A stretch of DNA of 64,000 nt. Origin: Mustelus asterias (lineage: Eukaryota). The DNA lies in the NCBI RefSeq assembly GCF_964213995.1, contig NW_027590151.1:992001-1056000 (forward strand). The letters run 5' to 3'. The translations under genes and the position numbers were made by a program. Positions within the stretch are counted from its first letter, which is position 1, and each line of letters begins with the position of its first letter. Below the pieces are notes generated by a model. That model was not told the origin of the DNA. It made no database searches and saw only the letters and a program-made list of their open reading frames with translations. Below, in pieces: positions 1-11,805 of this stretch.

Positions 1-687
1 TGTTTTAATCTGAAAAAGCTTGTGCTTCTGCCTCTCTCCCTTCGACTCTCTCACAGCTTGCTCTTCGTCCCTTGGTCAAATCTTGCAAGGGCTTCACCAA
101 TGCAACATGTTGTGGGAAATTATTTTAAGTGGCCTGATTAATTTAAAGACCTTTTCATTCAACATTTCATTTCACAAAAGGCAAAAAAGAAGTTTATTCA
201 GTTCAATGAAATTTTTCAATTAAACTGGTTTTTATTAAAACATTGAAATGTTAGAATGAAAAACATTACCAATTAACATAATTCAGACAAACATACAATT
301 AGGACAAGACAAATATCATTTTTGCAAAAATAAGAGACCAATAGTTCCACCGACACAGCTAATGCGCTAACAGGCTTTCACAAAAGATCTCAGATTTCAT
401 GCCAAGAAAATGGAAGAGTAATGCTTCATTCTCAGATTAATCTGCCCAGCACATAATTAACAACAATTTTATTCATTAATTGATCCGTCAGTCTACTGAT
501 AAAATGTTTTTCAATCAATAACTTTCTGACATCTTCAAATACATCTCTGTTAATCAGTCTGTTTTCTGGAAGTTCCCTCCCTAAAAATGGCTTCTTATGG
601 TTCAGCATTTTCTTTAACCAATTTAAACCTTTTCCATTGAAGGCACCTTTATTTATTAGCTGAGAGCCAAGACAAAACATGTGGACA

Positions 688-3600
688 TCTCTGGTACGTT
701 ACCGGTGCCACATGATAGCGAGTTGAGGAACAGGGAGAGAGTGCAGTTAAACATGTGGTTGCAGGGATGGTGTAGGAGGGAGGGTTTCAGATACGTGGAT
801 AATTGGAACAAATTCTGGGGAAGGTGAGACCTGTACAAACAAGACGGGGTGCAACTGAACCAGAGGGGCACCAATATCCTGGGAGGGAAATTTGCTACGG
901 ATCTTCAGGGGGGTTTAAACTAATTTGTCAGGGGAGTGGGAAAAGGAGTTGTAGTCCAGAAGTCAGTGTTGAGGGTGCTGAGGTATTGGGGAAGGTATCA
1001 AGGTCAAGGGTGGGAACCGGTAGACAGGAGGTTGGGTTGAAGTGTGTCTACTTCAATGCAAGGAGCATCCGGAACAAAGTAGATGAACTTGGGGCGTGGA
1101 TTGGTACCTGGGACTACGATGTTGTGGCCATTACGGAGACGTGGGTAGAACAAGGACTGGAATGGTTGTTGGACGTTCCGGGGTATAGATGTTTCAGTAA
1201 GTGTAGGGAAGCTGGTAAAAGAGGTGGAGGAGTGGCATTGTGAATCAAGGATAGCCGAAAGGCTGCAGAAAGGCACTTCGAGGGCGATCTGCACATTGAG
1301 GTAATATGGGCTGAAGTTAGAAATAGGAAAGGAGCGGTCACGTTGTTAGGAGTTTACTATAGGCCCCCAAATAGTAATAGAGATGTGGAGGAAGAAATTG
1401 CTAAGCTGATTATGGATATGTGTGGGGGTCACAGGGTAGTTGTCATGGGGGACTTTAACTTTCCACAGATTGATTGGAACCTTTGTAGGTCAAATAGTTC
1501 GGATGGGGCAATATTTGTGCAGTGTGTGCAGGAGGGTTTCCTGACACAATATGTGTATCGGCTGACAAGAGGTGAGGCCACATTGGATTTGGTACTGGGA
1601 AATGAACCGGGCCAAGTGTTAGATTTGGTTGTGGGAGAGCACTTTGGAGATAGTGACCACAATTCGGTGTCTTTTGTTATTGCAATGGAGAGGGATAGGA
1701 CCGTACGGCAGGGCAAGGTTTATAATTGGGGGAGAGGTAATTATGATGCGATTAGGCAAGAATGAGGGGGCATAATATGGGAACAGAAACTGTCAGGGAA
1801 AGGCACTAATGAAAAGTGGAACTTTTTCAAGGAACAAATACTGGGTGTCCTTGATAGGTATGTCCCTGTCAGGCAGGGAGGAAATGGCCGAGTGAGGGAA
1901 CCATGGTTCACGAAAGAGGTGGAATTTCTTGTGAAAAGGAAGAGGGGAGCTTATGTAGGGATGAGGAAACAAGGTTCAGATGGCTCGATTGAGGGTTACA
2001 AGGTAGCAAGGAACGAGCTGAAAAAGGGGCTTAGGAGAGCTAGGAGGGGACTTAAGAAGTCCTTGGCGGGTCGGATCAATGAAAATCCCAAGGCTTTTTA
2101 CTCTTACTTGAGGATTAAAAGAATGACCAGGGTGAGGTTAGGGCTGGTCAAGGACAGTAGTGGGAACTTGTGTATGGAGTCAGTAGAGATAGGCGAGGTG
2201 GTGAATGAATACTTTTCTTCAGTGTTCACCAAGGAGAGGGGCCATGTTTTTGAGGAAGAGAAGGTGTTACAGTCTAATAGGCTGGAGGAAATGGTTGTTC
2301 GGAGGGAGGACGTACTGGCAGTTTTGAATAAACTGAAGGTCGATAAGTCCCCTGGGCCTGATGAAATATATCCTAGGATTATTTGGGAGGCAAGGGATGA
2401 GATTGCAGACCCTTTGGCTTTGATCTTTGGGTCCTCACTGTCCACGGGGATGGTGCCAGAGGACTGGAGAGTGGCGAATGTTGTTCCTCTGTTTAAGAAA
2501 GGGAATAGAAATGACCCTGGTAATTATAGACCGATTAGTCTTCCTTTGGTGGTTGGTAAATTGACGGAAAAGGTCCTTAGGGATAGGATTTACGACCATT
2601 TAGAAAGATGCGGATTAATCCGGGATAGTCTGCACGGATTCGTGAAGGGCAAGTCGTGCCTCACAAATTTGATTGAATTTTTTGAGGAGGTAACTAAGTG
2701 TGTTGATGAAGGTCGGGCAGTTGATGTCATATACATGGATTTTAGTAAGGCGTTTGATAAGGTCCCCCATGGTCGGCTTATGATGAAAGTAAGGAGGTGT
2801 GGGATAGAGGGAAAGTTGGCCGATTGGATAGGTAATTGGCTATCTGATCGAAGACAGAGGGTGGTGGTGGATGGAAACTTTTCGGACTGGAGGCAGGTTG
2901 CTAGCGGAGTGCCGCAGGGATCAGAGCTTGGTCCTCTGCTCTTTGTGATTTTAATTAATGACTTAGAGGAGGGGGCTGAAGGGTGGATCAGTAAATTTGC
3001 TGATGACACCAAGATTGGTGAAGTAGTGGATGAGGTGGAGGGCTGTTGTAGGCTGCAAAGAGAAATAGATAGGATGCAAAGCTGGGCTGAAAAATGGCAA
3101 ATGGAGTTTAACCCTGATAAATGTGAGGTGATTCATTTTGGTCGGACTAATTTAATTGTGGATTACAGGGTCAAAGGTAAGGATCTGAAGACTGTGGTGG
3201 AACAGGGAGATCTTGGGGTCCATATCCATAGATCTCAAAAGGTTGCCACTCAAGTGGATTGAGCTGTGAATAAGGCCTATAGTGTGTTAGCTTTCATTAA
3301 CAGGGCGTTGGAGTTTAACAGCCGTGGTGTTATGCTGCAACTGTACAGGACCTTGGTGAGACCACGTTTGGAATATTGTGTGCAGTTCTGGTCACCTCAC
3401 TATAAGAAGGATGTGGAAGCGCTGGAAAGAATGCAGAGGAGATTTACCAGGATGCTGCCTGGATTGGAGGGTAGGTCTTATGAGGAAAGATTGAGGGAGC
3501 TAGGGCTGTTCTCTCTGGAGCGGAGGAGGCTGAGGGGAGACTTAATAGAGGTTTATAAAATGATGAAGGGGATAGATAGAGTGAACGTTCAAAGACTATT

Positions 3601-3903
3601 TCCTCGGGTGGATGGAGCTACTACAAGGGGGCATAACTATAGGGTTCATGGTGGGAGATATAGGAAGGATATCAGTGGTAAGTTCTTTACGCAGAGAGTG
3701 GTTGGGGTGTGGAATGGACTACCTGCAGTGATAGTGGAGTCAGACACTTTCGGAACATTTAAGCGGTTATTGGATAGGCACATGGAGCACAGCAGGATGA
3801 TAGGGAGTGGGATAGCTTGATCCTGGTTTCAGATAAAGCTCGGCACAACATCGTGGGCCGAAGGGCCTGTTCTGTGCTGTACTGTTCTATGTTCTATGTT
3901 CTA
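688..3903 (+). mobile_element. CR1 (HER1-like) LINE, 5'-truncated in ORF1, ORF2 (APE endonuclease + RT) broken by stops
   Basis: ORF1 esterase-like end (LNMWLQGWCRREGF..DGVQLNQRGTNIL). APE motifs YFNARSIRNK, AITETW, MGDFN, SDHN. RT motifs NYRPISL, GVPQGS, KFADDTK. (TTCTATG)n tail at ~3884-3903. Confidence 0.95.
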
Positions 3904-5461
3904 ATTGAATTACTGTCCTTGTTTCTCTCATTAAACTGGAATGCATGGAAGGAATTTAAGTTGAAGCTCTATAATAGTACAGGTCTGCAATGCCTCTTCT
4001 CAACGGGAGTTCTGCTCTGGTGGAAGGACGCCCAGTTGGTCAAGTCCCTCCTGAACACTATGCTGTCTCATCCCCACACCATTTCACCTAGTCTCTCTTA
4101 CACACTGCCTCTGAGGTTAACACGAATCGAACAAAGAGTTACGAAACTGATCCAAGTGTTTGAACTATGTTCTCAACAATGATGTGAACAGCCTTACATG
4201 TGTGTCCTTGTTTTCTGAAATCTGCGTCCCCGGATTCTTTATCTGCTTAATGCCATTGGCAGCTTGTTCTTCATTTTCAACATCTGATCCCTCAGTTCTT
4301 TCTCCCCCTTAACCCAGGTTAATTATTTTAATTCGTAGTTTTTATTTTCTCATTTCGTCGAGGTTAATTTCTTTTTCTGCTATGAGATAAACAGACACAA
4401 CGTTTTTCTTGTAATTTAGACCATGAACTCAGGTTTATATCTGACAGTTACTGTACTGCATTTCACTCCTTCATCTGTGTGAACAAGCCCGCCACCTACT
4501 GGTGTAATCGGGTGCGTTTGATTTCTCACATTTATCAAACTCAATACTTAGTCCATCAAATGTCTTACTTTATTTATTTTACAGCAGTGTAGTGGGGGTA
4601 TGTGTGCTGGTGGTGGTGGGGCTCTTTCTACTGGGAAGGAAATACTTACGGAGGGGGAATGAGAGGCAATCCGAAATCATTTCACATGATGCTCACTGTG
4701 TCTGTAACTGCAGAAGAAAACTCCTCTTTTGGGGCAGAAATGCACATTCCCCCTCCCACTGCGCTGCAGATCCAAACCAGAGAACATCTCTAAGAACAGA
4801 GGCCAGTGAATGTGGATCAGAGGGACCGCAGTAAAGGGAACGGAACGGGATTGCAACTGGCAGTGTTATCCCCACTTAACTCTTTATAATTTCAATTTAG
4901 AGCAGCGAGGAGTTTGTAGCCAGTGCGCCTCTCTGGCGGAAGCTCTAAAACCTTCAATCTCAGGATAATGAGCGAAGTGCAAATGTATTGATAAGGCAGT
5001 TTCAACTGACCGTATTTTAAGACTTGTGTTTCAGAAAATTGAGCCGTTTAAATATCTATGAAATACGAGTAATGCTAAAGAAAAATGACATTCTGCTTTA
5101 TTGACGTTTCTCTTTTTTCATGGTAGCACCCGTTCTTTAATCTGCCTATCACACACGGTACTTTCCAATCTCTTCCATTTTTTCTTCAATATTTCCTCGT
5201 CTTGTGCCCATTTGAACTATGATTACAGAACTTTTCCACTTTTTGTTTCCCGCTCACCCCCATTCTGGTTTGTGTGTGCTCCCTTTCCTCTTCACCATCT
5301 CTGTTTTCAACTCTCTTTATTTCTGACGGGATTTGATTAATTAGATTCGGTATTTTATTTTGTGTTGTGCTCATTTCCTTTAGTTACATTTTTTTTTCAT
5401 AATCCCACCACTCACTTTGCCGATACTGCCGAGATAGCAGAGCGGCTCTCGCAGTTCTTGC

Positions 5462-5502
5462 GGTTTTTTAGTATGGGACCTCCCTATGTTTGTCACACTG
5501 TG
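5462..5502 (-). promoter_or_regulatory. Degenerate 23-RSS
   Basis: Perfect CACAGTG (5502-5496), 23 nt, then ACTAAAAAACC (nonamer ACAAAAACC with two extra bases). Confidence 0.6.
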
Positions 5503-5585
5503 GCTTCCGAAGCAGAGATAAGTTACAGTATCTGTAACTCCGGCGTCTCTCACAGTCAGGGGGCTGAATTGTAATATCTGCCGAT
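5503..5585 (-). pseudogene. TCR V-segment FR3 fragment
   Basis: Minus strand reads SPLTVRDAGVTDTVTYLCFGS (V-domain LTI..D.A.Y.C pattern), immediately followed by the heptamer CACAGTG. Confidence 0.65.
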
Positions 5586-5626
5586 TGAGGTTGTGATCCT
5601 CCCGCATTGATCGGTTTCTCTTGTGG

Positions 5627-6114
5627 CCATCACTAGATACGAGGGTGATCAGAGTGAAAAACAGCAAAGAAAATCTGTAAATACGGAGTATTGTTCAGAC
5701 CATATGAAATTTCCGCTGAAGCAATTCTCGAGGGAGTTCAGTTTAAACTATGATATGGATGTTATATTCACAAGAGATAACAAGGAGCCAAAAACCTGCT
5801 TCGGGTCCAACTGAGGCGTCTTTCTGTCGAGCTGATGAAAGAAGTTGAGGCTCAGGCTTTATCCGCCCACAATCATTGACATCGATTTGCCTGGAACCTG
5901 AGATGAAGGACTGAAGCCTGAATAAATAAACCCCACCAGCAACCCCGAACTTCCGGTTACAAATCTAGTCTCACGTGTCTATCTAAGACACCATTTCGTC
6001 CTATCTGAACACTGACTGATCTCAGCTCGGGGTGAATCCATTCACTGGCAGGCAGTTCACCTGCTACCTACACCACAGCGCCACCGCGGACACAGGGAAA
6101 CTCAGTGAGAGCAT
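5627..6114 (-). pseudogene. Heavily decayed TCR alpha-type V gene (leader 6114-6061, V exon ~5917-5627)
   Basis: Leader-like MLSLSFPVSAVALWC then donor GTGAAC at 6060; acceptor tttatttattcag at 5918. FR1-like SMIVGG*SLSLNF, FR2-like LSWTRSRFLAPCYLL, FR3-like YLQIFFAVFHSD. ~290 nt exon followed by a weak CACAAGA-23-CACAACCTC. Multiple stops and frameshifts. Confidence 0.5.
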
Positions 6115-6198
6115 CCTGAGACATGATAGCAAAATATACAGGGTGAAGTTTAAAACGGGTGTCTTCAAATATCCCACTCCCCTTTTACAGAAAAGACA

Positions 6199-6239
6199 AT
6201 GACAAGGCATTTGGGTTGTTTGTGGAATAGTCGTAATAG
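6199..6239 (+). other. Probable leader exon of the downstream V segment, apparently frameshifted
   Basis: ATG at 6199, donor GTAATT at 6240. The hydrophobic frame GIWVVCGIVVIG ends in phase 1 but is one base out of frame with the ATG (41 nt instead of 3n+1). Confidence 0.5.
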
Positions 6240-6353
6240 GTAATTGTGAACCAAACACATTTCATATTTATTTTAATTTTACAAACGTGGTTTAAAATTA
6301 AATTTTAAGCATTCAGTCGGTCTGATTTGTTTCTGCTTGAGCAGGTTTTTCAG

Positions 6354-6664
6354 ATCTGAGTCATGGAGATTCTGTCACTCAGTCGCTATCCTCAGAAGTA
6401 AAGACGGAAGAAAAAACGTTGAGTTTAAACTGTACCTATGATATTATAATGAGCAACTACGTTTTACCCTGGTCCCGGCAAAACACAAGCACGCAACCTG
6501 TGTTTCTATTGAGGAAAAACTCGATATTTGGTGAAGATATAGCAGATTTTGCGAAAAGCCGTTTCTCTGGAGAGCTTCAGACATCGAGTAAATTCACCGG
6601 TTTGACTATCTCGGGTCTGCAGCTGAATGACGCTGCCGTGTATTACTGCGCTCTCGCTGAGATG
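6354..6664 (+). CDS. T-cell receptor delta/alpha variable gene segment, germline V exon (open frame)
   Basis: Acceptor ttttcag at 6353 (an in-frame alternative at 6344). DLSHGDSVTQSLSSEVKTEEKTLSLNC..LPWSRQ..RFSGELQTSSKFTGLTISGLQLNDAAVYYCALAEM has both cysteines, the tryptophan and the YYCAL end typical of TRDV/TRAV. Confidence 0.92.
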
Positions 6665-6703
6665 CACAGTGATGGAAAGCAGTCTGACTGCTGGACCAAA
6701 ACT
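6665..6703 (+). promoter_or_regulatory. 23-RSS
   Basis: CACAGTG (6665-6671), exactly 23 nt spacer, ACCAAAACT (6695-6703; 7/9 match to ACAAAAACC). Confidence 0.93.
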
Positions 6704-6870
6704 GCCTTTAACTATAGATTGAAACCCTGTCTGCGTCGGGTTGCACAGAACCGCGGGCAGATGCAGCCACAATGTAACTGTCAGCCATGCAAGAATCTTC
6801 ATGAACCTGGGATCAGCCTTCATCCAAGTTTCCAGTATCCTGCCACTTCAGTCATTATGTCTCTACGAGA

Positions 6871-7209
6871 GCGGCACGGCAGCACAGTGATTAGTTCTGC
6901 TACTTCACAGCTCCAGGAACCTGGGTTCGAGTCCCGTCTTGGGTCACTGTCTAGTAGAGTTGCACGTTCTCCTCGTGTCTGCGTGGGATTTCTCCGGATG
7001 CTCCGGTTTCCTCCCACAGTCGAAAGATGTGCGCGTTGATTGGCTCTGCTAAAATTGTCCCTCAGTGTCCTGAGGTACGTAGGTTAGAGGTACTAGCGGG
7101 TAAAGATGTCGGGATATGGGGGTAGGGCCTGGGTGGGATTGTGGTCGGTGAAGACTCGATGGGCCAAATGGCCTCTTTCTGCACTGTAGGGTTTCTATGA
7201 TTTCTATGA
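6871..7209 (+). mobile_element. HE1-like V-SINE
   Basis: tRNA-derived head with GGTTCGAGTCC B box, V-domain (TGCTCCGGTTTCCTCCCACAGTC), CR1-type tail with TTCTATGA repeats. Confidence 0.88.
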
Positions 7210-7866
7210 GTCTGTAAGATCAGTCAGTGGTGGGTTGGCTGATATTGAAAGGAAACCCCTCGAGCTGGGTTGCTTTCAGCACCTCGATAGGGGAACGGAT
7301 ACACTCTTCCAGATGGGGTTGCGGGAATGAAATCCTGCTCTGTTAATTAGCAGCTGCAAATTCTGGGTGCTCATAGTAACAAAAACATTCCAGCATTAAG
7401 GAAGCATTCTGTAGTTCACTGGTCACCGGGGGAATTCTATTCTCAATGTTTATTTTAAAGATCACAGTCACTTCCTTCTGAAATCTCTTCATTGTTGATA
7501 TAGTTTCTCTGAGGCAGCGAAACTCTCATCGGATCATTTAAACCCAGAGAACAAGCCGCGGAAAAAAGGCTTCAAAACCTGATGGGGATTGAGTTGCTGA
7601 ATATTAGGCAGACACGGAAACTGAATCAAATGACAATTACGAAACTAAAGAGATCAAATAAATTTAAGAAGATCAGCAATGGTACAACTGCGAGTTGAAA
7701 TTAACAAATACAATTCCTCAAATATTCCTTACCCCTTGTTGAGGTTGTGTTTTGCTCTGATATTTTAGGAAGGCACCTGTGATTCTCTCGGTGGAGAGTG
7801 AATTATTCTTTCTATTTATCGGTGCGAGAGCACCCTCTGAAGGTACCTTACTGGAACCCCAGTGTG

Positions 7867-7905
7867 GGGTTTGTCCAGGAACCGCTCTAACTCTGCAGCA
7901 GTGTA
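7867..7905 (-). promoter_or_regulatory. Degenerate 23-RSS
   Basis: TACACTG, 23 nt, GACAAACCC directly after YFCAIE; the critical first C of the heptamer is mutated. Confidence 0.7.
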
Positions 7906-8311
7906 GGCTCAATGGCACAGAAATACCCAGCGCTGTCGGAGTGAAAAGCCCCGCCTTATTTAAAAGAGCAGTTTTGTTTCATTTGTGCAAACAGCAGAAA
8001 GTCTGGCAAATCTTGAGACGAATCTCCCGCACTGCATCATCACTTTTCTGGTAGACTGGATGTACCAGAGCAGAGTTGGTTCACGGTAGGTTGCTGACTA
8101 CCGACCGCCCGGTATTGTGCTCTGTCCTTCCTGAATTGTTGATTCAGAAGGAGCCTGTGACAATGAATCATCGCTATTGGTTCCGATAACACAAATACAG
8201 AGCGTTCCAAAAGTCAGAAATTAAACACAACTCCTGGATAATACACTGACTGAACAGAGACTCGCCAGACAGGAAGACCATTATTACCAGTAAGGAACAA
8301 GGGGGACACAT
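7906..8311 (-). pseudogene. TCR alpha-type V pseudogene (leader 8311-8266, V exon 8183-7906)
   Basis: 46-nt phase-1 leader MCPPCSLLVIMVFLSG with GCGAGT donor; acceptor mutated. V exon GTNSDDSLSQAPSESTIQEGQSTI..*SATYREPTLLWYIQ..SDSAGYFCAIE. First Cys lost, stops and frameshift present. Confidence 0.85.
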
Positions 8312-9603
8312 GGTAATTCCTTTGGAGTTCGACAGAAAAAGACAAGTTATTCTCGATGTGTTGATTCTTCTAATCTGATATAAAGTGTAACCCAGATCAG
8401 AATGTGGCTTCACTTACTCAGAAACTGCTGGTCGAAGTGGCGCACCAATAAATGAGAGTCGGAGAGAATTATTAAGGCTGATTGCTTCTCTTTCTCTTTC
8501 TGACATTGTCAGGGTTTCCGCCTCGCTTTTCTTGTCTCTGTCTCTGTCAGTTGTTCGTTCTGCCGTTCTTTTCGAAGTGCCATGAAAATGCGGAGTTTAG
8601 AAAATCTAACTTGTTGCAGAATTTCATTTTAAAAAATCCCCATAGGAAGTACTCTGTTAATAGTAGCAAAATATTTCTGTATTTCAGAGATAAGTTTGAA
8701 ATTACAGCGGTTAGGCAAAATGCTTAATTTAGGGGGAATCAGGGCAACATTAATTCCCTCTGCATGCGGCACAATAACAGTTGCAAGTGTGTACATTAAT
8801 CCCCAAATGCAATCTCCAGGCAAAATCTCCCATGGGCAATGGGGAACAAAGTTCGCAGAGAGTGGATGGTGACAAAAGGGCAAGTGCGCCACCCGACCTC
8901 CTGCTGCAAACTTTCATCCCTCATAATATTGTACAATATTCACACTTCAGCAACCGGGTCCCAGGTCCTGCCATCGAGTGACTGAACCTCTCCATGACTC
9001 ACAAAGGCCAGCGCTTGCAGTAAGTGAGGGCCGCCAGCAGATGGTGATATTGTATTATTTTAGTCACAAGACAGTGAAACTCCCGTTTCAACTCACAGTT
9101 AGATTTTCGGAATATCAGCTTGACTGGAATAGTACCGTTCCAACACTACCACCACCATCGCAAAGGAAACTGGCAAAGTGCAATAAATGCTTGACTCGGC
9201 ATCGAAGCCCACACTCGGTAACATCAATTTTTAAATGGTTTATTTTGGGGACATTTGTGGCGTCTCCTCCCCCAGTGGCCCAGAGTGAGGCGGAATTGCT
9301 ATTAGTTTCACCCTGTGTGAGCTGACAATTATTTCGAGAGGTTCATGATCAAAAATACCATTCCAATAAATCTCCTGTCCAAGACCAGTTGTATGCGGAG
9401 CAAGACAGGCTTGATGTAAAGATATAAAACGCACAGGTGTTTCAATTCTGATAAGTGAGTTATACATATTGGCCCAGAAACGTGGAGGAGGATTATCATT
9501 TTTCATTCTTGAAATGGCGACCATGGGATATTTTAACTTTGCATCAGAGAGCGCGATCTAGATGATGGTTAAGTATCACATCCAGGGAAGCAGCACCTCG
9601 GGT

Positions 9604-10622
9604 AGATTTGATTTGATATATTATTGTCACATATATTAGTTTGCGGTGAAAAGTATTGTTGCTTGCGGTTGTACAGACAAAGCGTACCGTACATGGACAA
9701 GGACAGGAGCGAGTGCAGAATATAATATTAGAGTCACAGCCTGGGTGTCGAGAAAGATCAACTTTGTGCGAGGTTGGTCCATTTAAAAGTCTGATGGCAG
9801 CAGCGAAGGAGCTGTTCTTTAAGTCGGTTCGTACGTGACCTCAGACTTTTGCATCATTTTCCCGACGGAAGAAGTTGGAAGAGAGAATGTCCGAGGTGCG
9901 TGGGGTCCTTAATTATTCTGGCTGCTTTGCTGAGGCAGCGGGAAGTGTAGACAGAGTCAATGGATGGGAGGCTAGTTTGTTTGATGGACTGGACTACATT
10001 CACGACCCTTTGTAGTTTCTTGGCAGAGCAGGAGCCATACCAAGCTGTGATACAACCAGATAGAATACTCTCTATGGTGTATCTGTAAAAGTTGGTGAGA
10101 GTCGTAGTTGACATGCCAAATGTCCTTAGACTTCTGAGACAGTAGGTGGGCTGTCTTAACTATAGTGTCAGAATCAGGGGATCAGGGCAGGTTATTGGTA
10201 ACCTGGACACCTAAAAACTTGGAGCTCTCGACCCTTTCTACTTCTCCCCCGTTGATGTAGACTGGGGCATGTTCTTCCCTACGCTCCTTGAAGTCGATGA
10301 CGATCTCCTTCGTTTTGTTGACATTAAGAGAGAGATTATTGTCACGGCACCGGATCACCAGATTCTCTATCTCATTCCTATACTCTGTCTCATAATTGTT
10401 TGAGATCAGATCCACTGCGGTGGTGTCGTCAGAAAATCGATTTGGAAGGGAATTTGGCGACGCAGTCATAGGTGTATAAGGAGTATCGTCGGGGGCTGAG
10501 AACGCAACTTTGTGGGGCACCGATGTTGAGGATGATCGTGGAGGAGGTGTTGTTGCCTATCCTTACTGATTATGTTCTGCGGGTCAGGAAGTTCAGGATC
10601 CAGTCGCAGAGGGAGGAGCGCA
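9604..10622 (-). mobile_element. Rex1/Babar-type LINE 3' fragment
   Basis: RT/C-terminal peptides FSDDTT..LNVNKTKEIVIDF and TIESILSGCITAWYG..IIKDPTH..FQLLPSGK; (TCAAA)n tail. Confidence 0.85.
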
Positions 10623-11240
10623 GGTGGATTATATCCCGCTCACTGAACCTTTGTGTAGTATTTAAACAACATCCGACTGAGTCACAAACAAAATTCACAC
10701 CAACTTTCCAAAACTTTTCAGTGATAAATTCCTCCATTTGATTAAAAAGCCGAGTGTTGTGAATCTGGAAATTAGCACCATGGGGTTTGTGTTACCCAGT
10801 GACTTGTTTCCCATTTTATTAGTCCTCAGATTTGCAATTCCATTTGTGTTGTACATTGAGGCGAATCTCATTTCAAAATGAGGGGAAAATATTACATCCA
10901 TGAACAAACCCTGAAGGAAATGGATCACAATATTTCGATGGAGGTGCAACTGTGAATGGTGTTATTGATGATTGATTGGAAAGGATTGGATTCAGGGGCC
11001 TCTGGTGGTCAGTTCCCTTCCCTCCCGTTGAATTCCTCTCTGTGATTAGAGACATGGGTTAATTTAACTTGCACGTCCGTAGGGGAAAGAGATTAACCGC
11101 TACACCACAGCAATACTACGGGACCAAAATAAGCAAATAGATTTGTGTAGAATTGTAAGCGATATTGTCATGCTGTCGTTCTGGAACAGGATTTGCAGAA
11201 ACAGAATAGTGGACATTGATACCTTAGTTCAGAATCTCTT

Positions 11241-11321
11241 GTGCCGTGGCAGTCTCAGGCAGTTGGTCAGCGCGTTCGGGAATTAGTTGAAAGGTTGGTG
11301 GTTCGAGACCACCCAGCGGCG
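11241..11321 (+). pseudogene. tRNA-Asn-derived pseudogene
   Basis: AGCGCGTTCGG...GAAAGGTTGGTGGTTCGAGACCACCCAG matches vertebrate tRNA-Asn; anticodon arm and 5' end are damaged. Confidence 0.75.
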
Positions 11322-11389
11322 GAGCTTTTACTTTTTTCTCCGCATCATCGTTCATCAGAGCTGCAGACAAATATATTTGGACGAGATTT

Positions 11390-11805
11390 ATACTGTAATG
11401 GTGAGGGATATGGGTGTGGGGTGTGTGACAAAGTTGTCACATGTAAATAAAGAAAAAGTGTATTTAAATGGTGGTGACAATGGCTAAGACGGTGGCTGTC
11501 TATTAAGACATCAGAATGTGTAAATGGCAGGACAAACGAGTGGGGTGGAGGGAGAGGAGGCAACAAGATGGGAAGTGAGTTTTTAAATAAAAAATGCAAA
11601 ACATGGAAATTAGAATATATATATATATAAGAAGATATAAAATAATAAAAATAAATAAATAAGATAAAATGAAATAAAACAAGATAAATGGAAATGCAGT
11701 AAAGATGGGAGCTGATGTGATTGAACTCAGTGTTAAGTCCGGAGCGCCGTTAGTGCCGAATCGGGAGATCGGGCGATGTTCCTGCAGTTTGCATTGGAGT
11801 GCCTC
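11390..11805 (-). mobile_element. Old Penelope-like element remnant
   Basis: Resembles the antisense GIY-YIG C-terminus and 3' region of shark Penelope-like elements (TTGAACTCAGTGTTAAGTCC..GATGTTCCTGCAGTTTGC). Confidence 0.4.

Noticed and set aside
432-680. 82-aa minus ORF next to the CR1
   Set aside because: No recognisable homology or splice structure.
4660-4730. Minus-strand GVFFCSYR followed by CACAGTG as a further V end or a J segment
   Set aside because: No nonamer at 12 or 23 nt, no upstream framework and no FGxG motif.
6665-7039. C-terminal part of the 206-aa ORF
   Set aside because: Read-through of the V exon across the RSS into a SINE; not a real protein.
8675-8980. Acceptor followed by faintly V-like peptides (ATLI, QSPGK)
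   Set aside because: Lacks the conserved Trp, YxC and RSS; indistinguishable from chance.
8945-9170. J-like fragments on the minus strand (KLIF..LTVS; GPGTRLL)
   Set aside because: No intact FGxGT, no convincing 12-RSS and no correctly placed donor.
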